From positions 76,386,001 to 76,450,000 of the forward strand of contig CM052816.1 of the NCBI GenBank assembly GCA_028534125.1: DNA of 64,000 nucleotides, read 5' to 3'. A model generated the notes under the pieces. The model saw nothing but the letters and a program-made list of their open reading frames with translations, was not told the DNA's origin and made no database searches. A program made the translations under genes and the position numbers. Shown here in pieces: positions 51,216 through 64,000 of this stretch (position 1 is its first letter; every line of letters starts with the position of its first letter). Source of the stretch: Lama glama (lineage: Eukaryota).

Positions 51216-52859
51216 ATATCTAGCATTTTGACAAACTTCATGGCAGTATAATGGAAAAAGAATATCTGAGCAATGTTCCAGAGAAGAAGATTCAGACGTC
51301 CCATAAACGAGATGTGTTCGCCACAGTATACCTCTAGCTGTTTCTATAAAAGTGTCAACAACAACACAATACGTCCTGCAGGCATATTTTCATTTAACAA
51401 ATTCTCAACCCATGAGTTACAAAAATTAATTGCCAGGATGGTTGCATATGGTCAGGACATCTGCTAAAAGACTTCCCCCAAGCAGATTCGGGAAAAACAA
51501 TTAAAGAATGCATATGGAATGTTTGGAGCCATTTTTATGAGTTTCTAAGTTTAGCTAAACTTCAACAGCTGTCTGGCTAAGGTAAAACATTACCAAATTA
51601 TATTCACTTACCCACTGATGGGCATCACAAACTGAAGATTCACAGCTACGTATTTCTGGGCAAGATTCACCCAGTTCAAGATCTGTCTGAAGGAGGCAGG
51701 AAAAATAGGAAGAATATCAGGACTGACTTCAGGGTTCATAAGAGAAACACTTGGTTTGGTGGAGGTGGTTGCAAAGGTCCCTTGGCTCCTGAGGCTGTTG
51801 CCCCCATGAGCTCACACAGAATCCAGCTGTTTCCCCTAAAGGAAGAGTCTTACTGACTTGGACTATTGAGGAAACCAGACTTGCTTGGAAAGCAGAAGCA
51901 GTTTTCTCTCCAGACACATTCTACCAGACTACAGTTCCCGGACAAAAGTCTTTCATCATAATGCTTAATTTTTAAGGACATAACACACTGGGCATATCAC
52001 TGGTTCCAAAGATAATCTTCAATGTGAGAAAATGCATTATCATTCTTTTGTAACTACTGAAAACGCAGCGTTGCATTCCAATGACTTCAAACAAGAAAAT
52101 GTAACATGTATAGGGAAAATCTGGCCAAAGTATTATGGGAATCTGTTTTTCTAATTTGTTTTTCTAATGATCTCTGTCTATGCCCTATGACCTTCAGTTC
52201 TTGACAAATGTAGTACTTGCTTTTTGCCAAAACATACAAATTGTGTCTTTGAATTCAGTACATTACAATGATTGGCCTAAAAATTCTAAATAAATATAGA
52301 TTTTAGGTAGTTATATAAGTAAGTGTTTTCTTGTAAACTGGTCATCCATATCAGTGGGGGCGGAAGAAGGGAGTTTGGGTGGCCAATCCATCTTTGATAC
52401 TGTCCAGAGAGATGTTGTGGTTGGTTATGAAAGATGTGGATAAATTTCCCATGTAAGGCCAGCATAACTCAGTGTAATAAGTGTGTTTCTTAAGACTATC
52501 TGTCGGTGGATAGAGACAGTAATTGAAGGATCTCTTTGTCTCTGTGGGATGCACATCACGTTTTTCCTACTATGCTAAAGCCAGCACCAGACCTGAGTAA
52601 TTTTTTGTTGTTGTTTTCTTTCCTTTTGTTTGTTTTGCTCTGCCTGTGATAGCAAAGATAAAGCAACACCGAGCCTCATATCAAGCATTTAAAGAGGCTG
52701 AGAAACAAGCAAGGATATGAAGAATGGGTCATTCAATATCTAATAATTAATTAATTAAAAAATTAGTCCCATGAGGTTGCCTTCCTGAGTCCTTGATACA
52801 TTGCAGAAATATCCCCTTGTGACTAGTATGAGGAGATGATGTATTGAAACATCATCAAC

Positions 52860-53060
52860 CTTAAAGTCATGAAAGTTATAGAGTGTAGGATCAGGAAGGC
52901 ACTTTAGAGATTGCAAATTACATAAAATTCTCGGTTTACAGATTAAAAAAAAAAAAGCCAGAGCTCAGAGAGGTGTCATAACTTATGTAGACAGGCAGCT
53001 AATAAGCAGTAGGATTGAAACTCAGTATGTCCAACTTCAAGTTCAGGGCTTTCCCTTTGG
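52860..53060 (-). mobile_element. MIR SINE
   Basis: 'ggaaggcactttagagat...tttacagatt...gagctcagagaggt...ggattgaaactcag...gttcagggctttcc'. Confidence 0.65.
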
Positions 53061-53769
53061 AAAGCTTATAAAAAATTTACTGAGAACTTTTCAAAGCTGT
53101 TACATGCCATCTTTGAACCAAATTCTATGGCACTGAAAATTAAAATATATCATCCTGATATGCTCACACAATGGGTTCTGAACCAGCTCCTGCTCAGGGT
53201 GAATCTCAGCAGATTCGTGAAGCATATCAGACCCTTTTACTCCATATTCTGTCTCTAAATTTGAGGTGAGAAAGAGAAGAAAAAGTTGAGGAGATAGAAA
53301 GAATTGATGGCTCTTCTCCAACACAACAGGGAGCAAGAACTTGAACCATTTTCCCAGTGGAACGTTACCCAAACTGAATTTGGGATTAGCTACGTGAAAG
53401 TGCTAATTGTGGTAGATAATGTAACCTACTGAATGTGACACTGTGGCTTAATAAGAATTACGTCTGGTGGTTTAGATACACTCATTAAGCAAAATAGATT
53501 CTACAATGTGTTACAATGCATAAAACACTGAAGAGGAATATGAGAAGCTACATTATCACAGTCTATAATAGGACATTCATTATTCTGACATCTGGAAAAT
53601 TTGTAGCAGTCCTCTCCACTCCCCTCCCTTGATTAATAAAGAACATTTGTATATCTGTATATGAAAATAGTTTGAAAAGCCTGATACCAGTGTATCAATT
53701 AATAAAACATTTTCACTACTGTGTAATTCAAAATATAAAGGAAATTTACTTAGGCTGAGAACTGGCTTG

Positions 53770-55780
53770 CCTTTTTCATATTACAGAGAAGGCATTCAGT
53801 CTTTTAAGTATGATGCTAGTTATGGGTGTTTTTCATGGATGCCTTATGACAAATTGAGGAAGTTCCTTTCTATTTTTAGTTTATTGAGCATCTTTATTAT
53901 TAATGGGTATTGGGTTTTGTCAAACTCTTTCTTAATCTATTAATATAATCATCTCTAAATTTTATCAATATGTTGTATCATATTAATTGATTTGGAGGTA
54001 TTAAACCAACTTTACATTTCTGTGATGAAGTTCATTTGATCATGTTGTATAGGGTTGTTTTTTTTTTTCAATATTTCTGGATTCAGTTTGCTAACATGTT
54101 CATTTTGTTTTCTGAGTTTTTGTTCATGGGTGATACTGTCTATAGTATTATTTTCTTGGGATGTCTTAGTCTTGCTTTGATACTGTAGTAAAATTGACCT
54201 CAGAGAATGAGTTGGGAACTTACTCTATTTCTATTTTAAGTTCCTTTCCTATTTTCTAACAGAGTTTATGTGGAATTTGGTATTATTTCTTCCTTAAATG
54301 TTTGGTAGAATTCACCAATGAAGTCATGTAAACCTGAGCTTTACTTTGTGAGAAGATTTTGAATTACTTCAGAAAATAAATTTCTTAGCTCGGTACAGAT
54401 CTGTTTACATTTTCTATGTTTTTCCTGAATCAGTTTTGGGATACTCGGCATGTCAAGGAATTACTCTATTTTATCTAAGTTGTCTGTTTTGTCGGCATAA
54501 AGTTATTTGTAGTATTCCCTTATAATATCTTCTGTAGGATATGAAGTGATTTCCCTCTTTCATTCCTGATTTTCATAATTTATGTCTTTCTACCTTTTTT
54601 CTTGATCAATTTAGCTAGAATATCAATTATGTTGATCTTTACAAAGACTGATTTTTTTGGTTCATAGATTTTTTTTTCCAGTTTTTCTCTATGTCATTAA
54701 TTTCTGCTCTATTTCCTCCCTTCTTACTGGTTTGTACTACTTTTTCTAAACTCTTGGAGTGGAAGATTAGATTATTGATTTTACTTATTTCTTTCTAATA
54801 TAAGCATTTATAGTTATAAGTTTTTCTCTAAGCACCAATTAGTGGCATTCCACACATTTTGACATAACTTTGTAGTGTTCACTTCAAGGTGTTTTCTAAT
54901 TTTTTTAAATTTCTTCTTTGAGTCATGAGTTATTTAGAAGTTTGTTTTTTAATTTTCATATATTTAGGAATTTCTCAAATATCTTTTCTTTATTAGTAAT
55001 TTATGTGTCTTGTCATAGAATATATTTTGTATGAGTTCATTCCTTTCACTTTCACTAATTTGATTTATGGACTAGCATATAGTCTACCCTGAGGAATGTC
55101 TCATGTATTCTTGAAAAGAATGTATATGCTTCAGTCATTTGGTGGTGTGTTTTAGGTATGTTAGTTGGCTTGATAATGGTTCACAAGTCTGTAACCTTAC
55201 TTGTTTCTAATTGTGCCAGTTATTAAAGTGAACAGTTGAAATCTTCAATCTATACATTTTTTGTCTATTTCTTTTTTCAATGTTCAAGTTTTGCTTCATG
55301 TTTGTAGAGGCTCTGTTTTGAAGTATGTATATTTTTATAATTGTTATAGGTCTAAGAAATGGCCCTTTTAAAAATCTAATAATATTTCTTGTCTTAAAGT
55401 TTATTTTGTCTGATGTTAATCTAGCTATTCCAGCTCTTTTATGGGTATTGTTTGCATGATATCTTTTTCTACCCTTTTATTTCAACAAATTTGTGTCTTT
55501 GAACATTGAACTTGCCTCTCATAGACAGTAAATAACTACATCTCTACTTCTTGATTAGAGTGTTTAGTCGACTTATATATGCCCCAATTATCAACATAGT
55601 TGGATTAATAGCTGTCATTTTGCTTTTTGTTATTTTCTGTCTCATGTCTTTAATATTCATTTTCCCTTACTACCTTTTTGTGTTAAGAATATTTTAAAGT
55701 ATCATTTTTACTCCTCAGTGGATTGTTTTAGCCATGTTTTTTGTTATTTTCTTAGTGGTTCTATTTCTAACGTTTATATT
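53770..55780 (-). mobile_element. Old L1 ORF2 (endonuclease to RT-proximal region), decayed
   Basis: 'gagaaggcattcagtctttt...ttgaggaagttcctttctatt', 'ttaaatgtttggtagaattcaccaatgaagtcat', 'cttgaaaagaatgtatat'. Confidence 0.85.
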
Positions 55781-55910
55781 TACATTCCTGTTTACTATGT
55801 TCATTGTTTTACATTATTTAACAATGTTGTATTTGTTCCTTTAGCATTCGTGATTATTGACATTCTCTAGAAACCTCTCTCAAGTCATATGTATTCAATG
55901 GCAGCTACAT

Positions 55911-55948
<38 letters not shown>
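55911..55948. repeat. (GAT)~12 trinucleotide microsatellite
   Basis: Perfect tgatgatgat run. Confidence 0.95.
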
Positions 55949-56347
55949 TTTTTCATTACTCTTTCTTTGAGCATATGTGGTAAACCCTATCTTTCCTTGA
56001 CCCTCAGATTCTGCAGTGATCATAGATAGTTGTTTCTAGCAAAATCTATTTTCATTGGCAGAAAACAATTTTAAACATATGTGGTTAAAGGAATCAACCT
56101 TAACATAAAAAGAGAAATGACAGATTAAATGTCAACTCATTAGCAAAGAAAAATTGTGGGTACCTATATTAATTCTGTTTCATAAGACTGCAAAATATCA
56201 TATAAAATATTTAAAGATTATAAGTAATATTCCATAGATACAAGTTACTCAAGTTTACACAGCTAGAAAGTGGTGAAGCCAGGATTTAAACCCAGGCAAA
56301 TAGGTTCCAGTGTTCATTATCTTATCCGAAAACAGTTGAGAATAAGT

Positions 56348-56486
56348 TTCTTGCTTGCTTGCTTGCTTGCTTGCTTTCTCCCTCTTTTTCCCCTCCCTCC
56401 CTCTCTCCCTCCCTCCTTCCCTCACTCTCTCCCTCCCTCCTTCCCTCACTCCCTTTCTTTCATTCTTTCTTTTCTTCTTTCTTTTC
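56348..56486. repeat. Compound (GCTT)n/(CCCT)n/(CTTT)n polypyrimidine tract
   Basis: ttgcttgcttgcttgc...ccctccctcc...ttctttctttttcttctttc. Confidence 0.9.
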
Positions 56487-57879
56487 ATCAAAACAGGCTT
56501 TCTCATCTGGCTTCACCACCTAGTCACACTGCCATCTCCTTTGGCAGAAGCATGAAAACTAATTATTATACTATAAAGAAAATGAATTATCTCTTATTAT
56601 TTACTGTTTGATATGAATTGGCTAGACTCCTGCCTTATAATCCTCTCAAAGGTAACTAATAATGCAAATAAATTTCCCACTAGATTTTCTAAGTATCCAT
56701 TTATTCTTTTACTTAAGTATAATTTTTATCTGGCCTCTAAGGAGTTTAATTTGAAATTATGACAAATCTACTTTATTTAATAAGATTTATGACTCTAAGT
56801 ATGTATTAAGTCATTGTATGGGTTAATCAGCAAAAATTCTAATGTTAGACTTAATTCAGGGTGCAAAGAAAGTACTAATAGATTTCCAGTCCTTACCCTC
56901 TTCCCCACAATCTGCACATGCCATTTTATACGTGGTATTATGGGTGAGTTGCCACACTTGGGATGCTTGAGATGGAGACCTTCCACAGAGGTTTCCTTAT
57001 GGCAGGACCTGCTTCCTATTCTGTCTTCTGCCTTTGAGAATATGCAGGACAGGAAATTGGAGTCATGAGTTGCATCCTAAATACCTGGCTTTCTCTGACA
57101 AACTCATGTGAGGACACTAGGTTTGTTTGGTTTTGTTGTTGCTGTTTACTTGTTTATCTTTCCCTCTTGACCCATATACTTTCCCCTCACCTTCAGTTCC
57201 TTTTCTTTTTCTCTCAAGTTCCCTTTGGGATCCCTTTTCCCATTAGTTCCAGTACACATCAGGGATAGAAAGTTCTAGACTTTCAACCAACTCAGGAAAA
57301 GTATACCAGAAAGGGAACAATTTGATAGGCTGGTGATTCCATCATAACAATAGTGCTATCACTGATGGGCAGTGAGAATTCTTTCAAGTCTTAGTAAAGT
57401 ATAAATATTCCCAGGCATCATTTCAAAAGCATCTCCTAACTTGGTGCTTATTCCTTTAATATTTCACTATCATTTTTCATTATTATTCTAGGAAATCATT
57501 TGGATAAAAACAGGATGTTTATAGAAGTCCCCTTTCTTTTACCCAATAAGGCTTTTGGAGTCATAGACATAATAATGCCATGAACTTGGACAGTGCCTTT
57601 ATACCAAGGAATGCTGAGTGTTTTCACTAGCTGAATGCCAACTCACCAGCCTGCCTGGAATTTCTGTTAGTAGGAATGTATTTTCTTCAATTTTTCTTTA
57701 CCTCAAAATAGGGATATAAAACTGAGATATCAATATATGTTTGGTTTATATTGATAAATGCTGTGTTATCTCTGTTCTGTTTTGAAAATTCTCCCAGCCT
57801 CCTCCCCTCGCATCTTTATGTGACTTTTTCTTCTCCAAATGCTTCTATGTTGAGTCATTCAAAAATAGAATGTTAAATT

Positions 57880-59490
57880 GTAAAATTAATTGTAAATATA
57901 ACTTTTAATGCCTCCCGCATTGTTAATATCTTGCCTAAATAACTATATCACAACACCAAAACCAGGAAATTGCCATTGATACAATCCGTAGAACTTGTTC
58001 AGATATCATCAGTCATACATGCACTTGTTTGTGTATGTTATTGTGTGTTTATGTAGCTCTCTGCAGTTTTATTACATGTGTAGCTCTGTGTAACCATCAA
58101 CAATCAAAGTACTTAACTGTACTGTCCCCATAAGATTACTTTGTCCTACTCATTTATAGCTACATTCATGCCTAGCCCTGAGCCACCACTAATTTGTTCT
58201 CCATATCTATAATTATGTTACTTCATAAATATTACATAAGTGGATTCATGAATGGATCAAAAGTATGTATCATTTTGAAATTGGCTTTTTGCATTTAGCC
58301 TAGTTTCCTTGAGGTTCATCCAAATTGTTGTCTGTATCCATAGCTTCTTGTTGTTGTTGTTTGTTGTTGTTGTTGTTATTGTTGTTGTTGTTGTTGAGTA
58401 GTATTCCATTTCATTGTCCCCATTGAAGGACCATCTTGGTTGTTTCCAGTTCTTGGCCATCAGGGAAAAAAAGCTGCTGTAAGTATTCATGTACACATTC
58501 CTCAATGAATTTTTAAACAATTTTTCTTTGATATATGTCCTAGTTTTGTAGTAAGTTTTATTTTAGTATTGAAAGGAATGGCCAAACTATTTTCCAGAGT
58601 GCCTGTACCATTTTACATTCTCGAAGACAGTGCATGAATGATCTAGTTTCTTTATACCCTCTCCAACATTTAGGGTTATCACTATTAAAATAAAATAGCT
58701 CTTCTGAGAGATGTGCTGTAATATCTCCTTTTGGTTTTAATTTGCATTTTTCTAATGAGTAATGATGATAATGATGATGATGATGCTGATGATGATATTT
58801 TTCATAGCTCCTTCTTTGAGGACTGCTGGTAAACTCTGCCTTTCCATGACCCTCAGATAATTGAACATCTTTTTATGTGCTTATTTTTCATCTGTATATC
58901 CTCTTTAGTTAAATGTTTACATGTACCTTTTGCTCATTATTTAGTTGTTTTTTAATTAATGCTGAGTTTTTAGAGCTCTTTATATATTCTAAACACAAGT
59001 CCTTTTGTATGTGTGTAATTTGCAAGTATTTCTCCGAGTTCATAATTGGTCTTTTCATCCTATTAATAGAGTCTTTCACAGCACAAAGTGTTAATTTTAA
59101 TGAAGTCCCATCTACCAATTTTCTTTTTAATGGATCATGCTTTCGATGGCAAGTCTAAGAAATCTTTGTCTAATCTTAGATCCTTAAAATTTTCTCTCAT
59201 GGTTATTTTTAGAAGTTTTATAGTTTTTCATATTTAAGTTCATGATCCATTTTTGAGATAATTTTTGTATTAAAATAAATTTAGGTTAGGTTCATATTTT
59301 GTCTATGGATTTTCCACTGCTCCAGCGCCCTTTATTGAAAAGTCTGTCCCTTCTTCATTGAATTGCTTTTGCTCTTTGTCAAAAATTAATTGAACATGTA
59401 TGTGTGGATGATACATTTTCGGCTTCTCTGTTCTGCTCATTAGAAGTATCTATCCTTCGAACTGTGCCACACTGTCTTGATGACTGTAGT
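57880..59490 (-). mobile_element. Old L1 (L1MC/L1MD-class) 3' UTR and distal ORF2; contains a (GTT)n run at ~58348-58395
   Basis: 'aaaaccaggaaattgccattgatacaat', 'ccactaatttgttctccatatctataatt', 'ccaaactattttccagagtgcctgtaccattttacattc', 'ccacactgtcttgatgactgtag'. Confidence 0.85.
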
Positions 59491-59637
59491 CTAAGAAAGA
59501 AACTGAAAAAGACTCGCTATTATGCCATTTCTAAAAATTTACTGTAAGTAAATAATCAAAATATTTTATTCAGTTACATGTCTAACAACATAAATATTAC
59601 TTCCAATAGCCCACTTTTTGAGTCAGACCTAACAGAT

Positions 59638-59964
59638 CAGGGTCACTCAAAGTGTGGTCTACTTTTTAATGTTAGTCTACAAACTAGTCTTCAGTGAGTC
59701 CATGACATGATAAGTTAAGGAACTGAGAGGAAGCATTAAACTTTCATAGCAATTTGACAAGGTAATTTCTGTTGAACTTAATTTTAAAAAGAGGCCTGTA
59801 TTTTATGCCTTTTTTTTTAGTTGTTCATTTTTATTGGCATTTATTTTAATTTGTCACAAAAATAATTATCCATTACAGAATGGAAAAAATTTTAAAAAGA
59901 TTTGTCCATTACAGACTGGAATTTTAAAAAATTTATCCTTGAACAGATAGTTTAAGAAGTAGTG
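59638..59964. mobile_element. hAT-Charlie MITE (MER5C-like)
   Basis: 'ctcaaagtgtggtc...aaactttcatagcaatttgaca...acagatagtttaagaagtagtg'; internal duplication of 'tccattacaga.tggaa'. Confidence 0.65.
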
Positions 59965-59970
59965 ATTGGA

Positions 59971-60400
59971 CCAGTGCTTCCTAGCCTATATAATTTCATA
60001 GCACAGATTTTTAAAAATTGATAATATTTGTATGGAACACTGGAGTAAAGTCAAGAGTATTTAATTGCTTTCTAACTGGGTTTGTGTGAAAATAATATCT
60101 TTACACCATATATTTATAATAAGAAAAGTATAATTCAAAACAGGGAAGACATTAATTGCTGAACCAAATAAAATATTTTCCAGTATTTTTAAAATGAGAA
60201 ATTTGAACTTGTCTTGATGAAGGTGATTCTTTGCATCAGGACATGAGAGTTGAATTTATATTTAAGGAATTTAAGAGATTTTTCCTTTTATTTCCTCAAA
60301 AAACCTTGAAACTTCTTACTTGAGAATGCCAATGGATTTTTAATCTAACTAGACTGTTTTCATATCAAGCATTTAAAAATATTGAGGATACTCTAATTTG
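59971..60400. mobile_element. Probable hAT-Charlie remnant
   Basis: 'ccagtgcttcctagcct...tcatagcaca...tgataatatttgtatggaacactggagtaaa'; right boundary uncertain. Confidence 0.4.
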
Positions 60401-60949
60401 CAGAAAGAGAAGGTATTGTCAGAGCAGCCATGCTGCAGTTCCCTGGACCCAACACTCAAAAGTTTCATCAAGAGCAAATGGACAAATTTTTCTGATATTT
60501 GGAAGCTGAAATGGAGAATGGTACCTGGAGCTGGCATTTCCAGGTGCCCCTATCTGACCTCCTTTCCCCTCTACCACATGTGGCCACATGTTCATCTTTT
60601 CAGCATGTTCCCTGGCTCCTGGAATAGAAACTCCTTCAACAGCCCCAAAGGCCCTGGGTTACAATAGGCAGCAGTGGTGAACTCAGCAGCTGGCCACTGA
60701 TGCAGATAGATATCCCCATAGGAGAGCACCTCCTTGCCTTGCACCATGTTATCATGGAACAGCACGTGCTTGGTGCGCTCATTCCACTCCCAGCCTGCAA
60801 GGACCACAGACTGCCTTGTATACACTGCTCTGCTCCGACGAGCACCAAACAGAGCTCCTCACCATCAGAGGCAACTGAATCAAACTCTTCTCTGGTCTCT
60901 CTCTTGGACTCTGCCCATTTGCTACGAGGGCAGAAGAGATCAGCATCTT

Positions 60950-61116
60950 CTGACTCATCATTTTGTGTCTCTGTACATCTGTTTGGAAGCTCTGCACCAG
61001 GCTGTATGCTTTTTACAGTAGAAATTATCTCCACCTTGCTCACTGTAGTACCACAATATTCAGCACAGTTGCCTAGCCCATAGTATATGCTCAATAAAGA
61101 CTTGTAGAATGAATGG
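60950..61116 (+). mobile_element. L2 LINE 3' terminus
   Basis: 'cttgctcactgtagtacc...cagcacagttgcctagcccatagtatatgctcaataaagacttgtagaatgaatg'. Confidence 0.8.
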
Positions 61117-63229
61117 CTCTCTAGTATATGACTGGTTAAATAAACATGATCTGTCCATATAATGAAATACTACCTAGCCTCTACATTGAATGGAAAATAT
61201 TTCCCTGGAAACTGTCAATGAATATCTCTGGGTAAAAAAAAAAAAAAATTAGGTGGCCAAATACCATGCACAATAGAACCCAATTTACATAAATTGTGTA
61301 TGTGTTGGTTTATACATATGGAGATATCATGAAGAACATTAACAATTTAAATTTTATCGTATTTTATGTTTTCAAATTCTTTCTAGTTGTTTTTTAATTT
61401 TTTTACAATTACCTATGTAAACACTGCCTCACAGAGCATTAATGGTGAAGACCTGTGGTCCCTGTGAGAGAAAACAGTGAATAGCCAATCCAAAGACTGA
61501 ACCTTTGCTCTCCTTCTTTTCAGTTGGTCATGTGATGCCTGAACTGAGCAAATACACAATATGAATCTGTAAAATGGAGACAATTCAGAAAAGTATAAAA
61601 GCATAAAGTTTTGTGTAATCCAACCACACAAAGCTAATGACCATGTATACTTAACAGTTTTTTTGTCAATTGATTCTCTAGACAATTTTAATTCATAATA
61701 GATCCTGAGCATTTTCCTGTATCATTAAACATTTTCTAAACATAATTGAAAATGCATCTTCTTCTGTTGAGATTGTTATTTTTACAATTATTTTCCAGAG
61801 AGATAGCTATCTATCTATTCCTTTGCAAATACTTTTTCTAAGATTGTCTATCAATTTTATGGCCTCTTTGAATGTAGAGTGTATTAATTTTCATGCAGTA
61901 AATTTAACGACCTGTCTTTTTTGTGCTTTTTTTTCAGAGAATGACCTTTCCCAGGCTTGAGTAAGGTAAATATTTAGATAACTTTTCTCCTAATCCTTTT
62001 AAGTGTTTTTTTTTCTTTTGGTTTGTTACAGTTCCTTTCTAAATCTGTAATTTTATTTCTTAGCATGTTTTGACGTAGGGGTCTTACTTTTTTTTTCTAA
62101 ATGTTAATCAGCTTTCTCAGGGTTCTCTCTTAAAAATCTAGTGTTTGATAATTAGAAATGTCAATTTTACCATTTGCTATTTGTGTGTGTAAATATATAC
62201 AAAAAAGCAGAAAATCTAGAGTTCAAGGTAGCAGTCAAAGAAGACTCCTCCCAAACATTTTTCTTATTCTTGCTCCCTCTCCTTCCACCTCCCCAACTCA
62301 GCACACCAGAGGGGTGACCCAGCCTCCCTACCACAGTCACTTTCCTTCCCACTGAGGTCTCCCCTGCCTAAAGTTCCATCCTGAGAAATGAGGAAAATTT
62401 ATCTTAAAATATTATTTGAAATTGTGATTCTTAAACTGCACAAAACTTCTAATTCAGAATTAAGACCATTCTTGTGAAAGAGTCCATACAATTTACTATC
62501 TACAAATAAATGAAGAGAAAGGAAGTTTTTCTAAGATATCCTGTCAAGAGCAAGGAAATGTCATCCCAATTGGGTTTAAAGGAAAGTAAGGAGGAAAAGT
62601 GCATGCTTTTTACTTTAGCCTCTGCTAGCTCCTTATTTAATTCTGCTCTTCATCTTCCTGGATATATACATTTAAAAGTAGACAGATGGTAGGTAAGGAA
62701 ATGGACATACAATTGCTAGGCATCAGATGTGTGTGTGTGTGTTCGTGTTTGTGTTCGTGTGAGCATCAGATGTCCCTTTGAAATCCAGATATATTTTTGG
62801 AAAATAGAAATAATGTAATTGATGAAATTGGGATCAATTTCTGCCTTCTGGATAATGACTGAAATTGCCTTGGGCAGAAACTGCCTCTGTTCTGCCAGGA
62901 CCATTTGGTACATATTCCCTTGTAAGGTAGCTAGCTAGTTCTGTAGCACCTGGGAGTCAGCACTCCCACAATGGGCCACGTCGCACTGGGAGGAAAACTA
63001 ACGTTCAGAAGAGGAAGGAATCACATCATAATAAAAGATGAAAAGAAACTATAATCCTTTTCCAGTCTTGAGATGGAAAGATCAGCATCATAAATGGTAG
63101 TTACAGTAGTATGTACATTAAACCCACACTCACATACACATAGTGGAGATACACTATGTATGCTCTAACTCAGTGGTTCTTAAACTTAATGTTGATATAC
63201 GGATCTGCCTAAATGACCTCAACCAATGA

Positions 63230-63757
63230 GTTGAAAATGAGCTATAGGTATTTTCGTAATATGTAAAGAACTATATGAAATTTTTAAATAATGCAAAGAA
63301 CCCAAAGATGAATGAACAAAAAAATTTAAAAATACCTTTAGACATGAATGGCCTTTAAACATGAAAATATGCCCCAACACTCAAAATAAGATACACATGA
63401 ATTAAAACTGTACTAATACATCGCTTTTCACTGATTATATGAGCAAAAATCCAGAAATTTGATGACAAACTGATGGTGAAGCTGTAGAAAACACTCACAT
63501 AGGTAGTTAATAAGTACAAACTATTAACACTCTGTGAACATTAAATTTAAAGTTTCGTGTAACAGTTGTTACTTTTATTTATAACATCAAAATTTGAAAC
63601 CAACTCAGATGTCTACCAATAGTAAACTGGTTAAATGAAGTTGTGATACATGCATACAATGGATTTTAGGGCTGCTATAAAAAAAAATGAAACACCTTCC
63701 TATGTTCTGATATGAAAATTCTCCAAAGCACTGGGAAAATATACGTATAACGAAGTA

Positions 63758-63811
<54 letters not shown>

Positions 63812-64000
63812 CATATATATATATGTATATATATGGCATATTTTGTGTAAAATGGGAAAAATTAGATGCTATGTTCATTTGTGCTTTTATATACATAAAG
63901 AACCTTTGGAAGTGTATATATGAGAGTAGTAGAAATTATGATTTATGGGAAATGCATAGGAACTTAAAGGATGGGAATAGAAATTAGACATTTTTTAACT
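63230..64000 (+). mobile_element. Old L1 (L1ME-class) 3' fragment
   Basis: 'aaacatgaaaatatgccccaacactcaaaataaga', 'aatttgaaaccaactcagatgtctaccaatagtaaactggttaaatgaagttgtgatacatgcatacaatgga'. Confidence 0.75.
63756..63835. repeat. (TG)n/(TA)n compound microsatellite
   Basis: Long TG run at ~63770-63807 followed by TA repeats. Confidence 0.95.

Noticed and set aside
56255..56611. Low-complexity R/E/G-rich or P/S/L-rich ORFs
   Set aside because: Translations of simple repeats and a MIR fragment.
60592..61094. Cluster of overlapping ORFs of 72-152 aa on both strands
   Set aside because: No recognisable protein similarity; explained by locally higher GC and partial overlap with an L2 3' end.
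63605..63987. HT/VC dipeptide-repeat ORFs
   Set aside because: Translations of a (TG)n microsatellite.

Overview
AT-rich, CpG-depleted placental-mammal DNA, most likely camelid: three copies of a tRNA-Ala-derived SINE resembling the camelid vic-1 family are present, along with cetartiodactyl-type L1 3' ends. I find no credible host protein-coding exon, rRNA or CRISPR array. The only recognisable protein-like ORFs are decayed L1 ORF2 fragments, so this reads as intergenic or deep-intronic DNA. It is densely filled with LINE-1, HAL1-like, L2, MIR, MaLR/ERVL/ERV1 LTR, Tigger/Charlie/mariner-type fossils and microsatellites. Subfamily names are recalled from consensus sequences by eye, and old-repeat boundaries are approximate. 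I found no convincing new biological system. The most notable oddities are: (1) a TSD-flanked L1 whose apparent 5' terminus is fused directly to the distal part of ORF2; (2) a roughly 100-bp local templated copy inserted into an old L1; (3) a SINE copy that still folds as a near-complete tRNA-Ala; and (4) a fold-back mutation, nested insertions, weak non-coding exon candidates and enhancer-like motif clusters.
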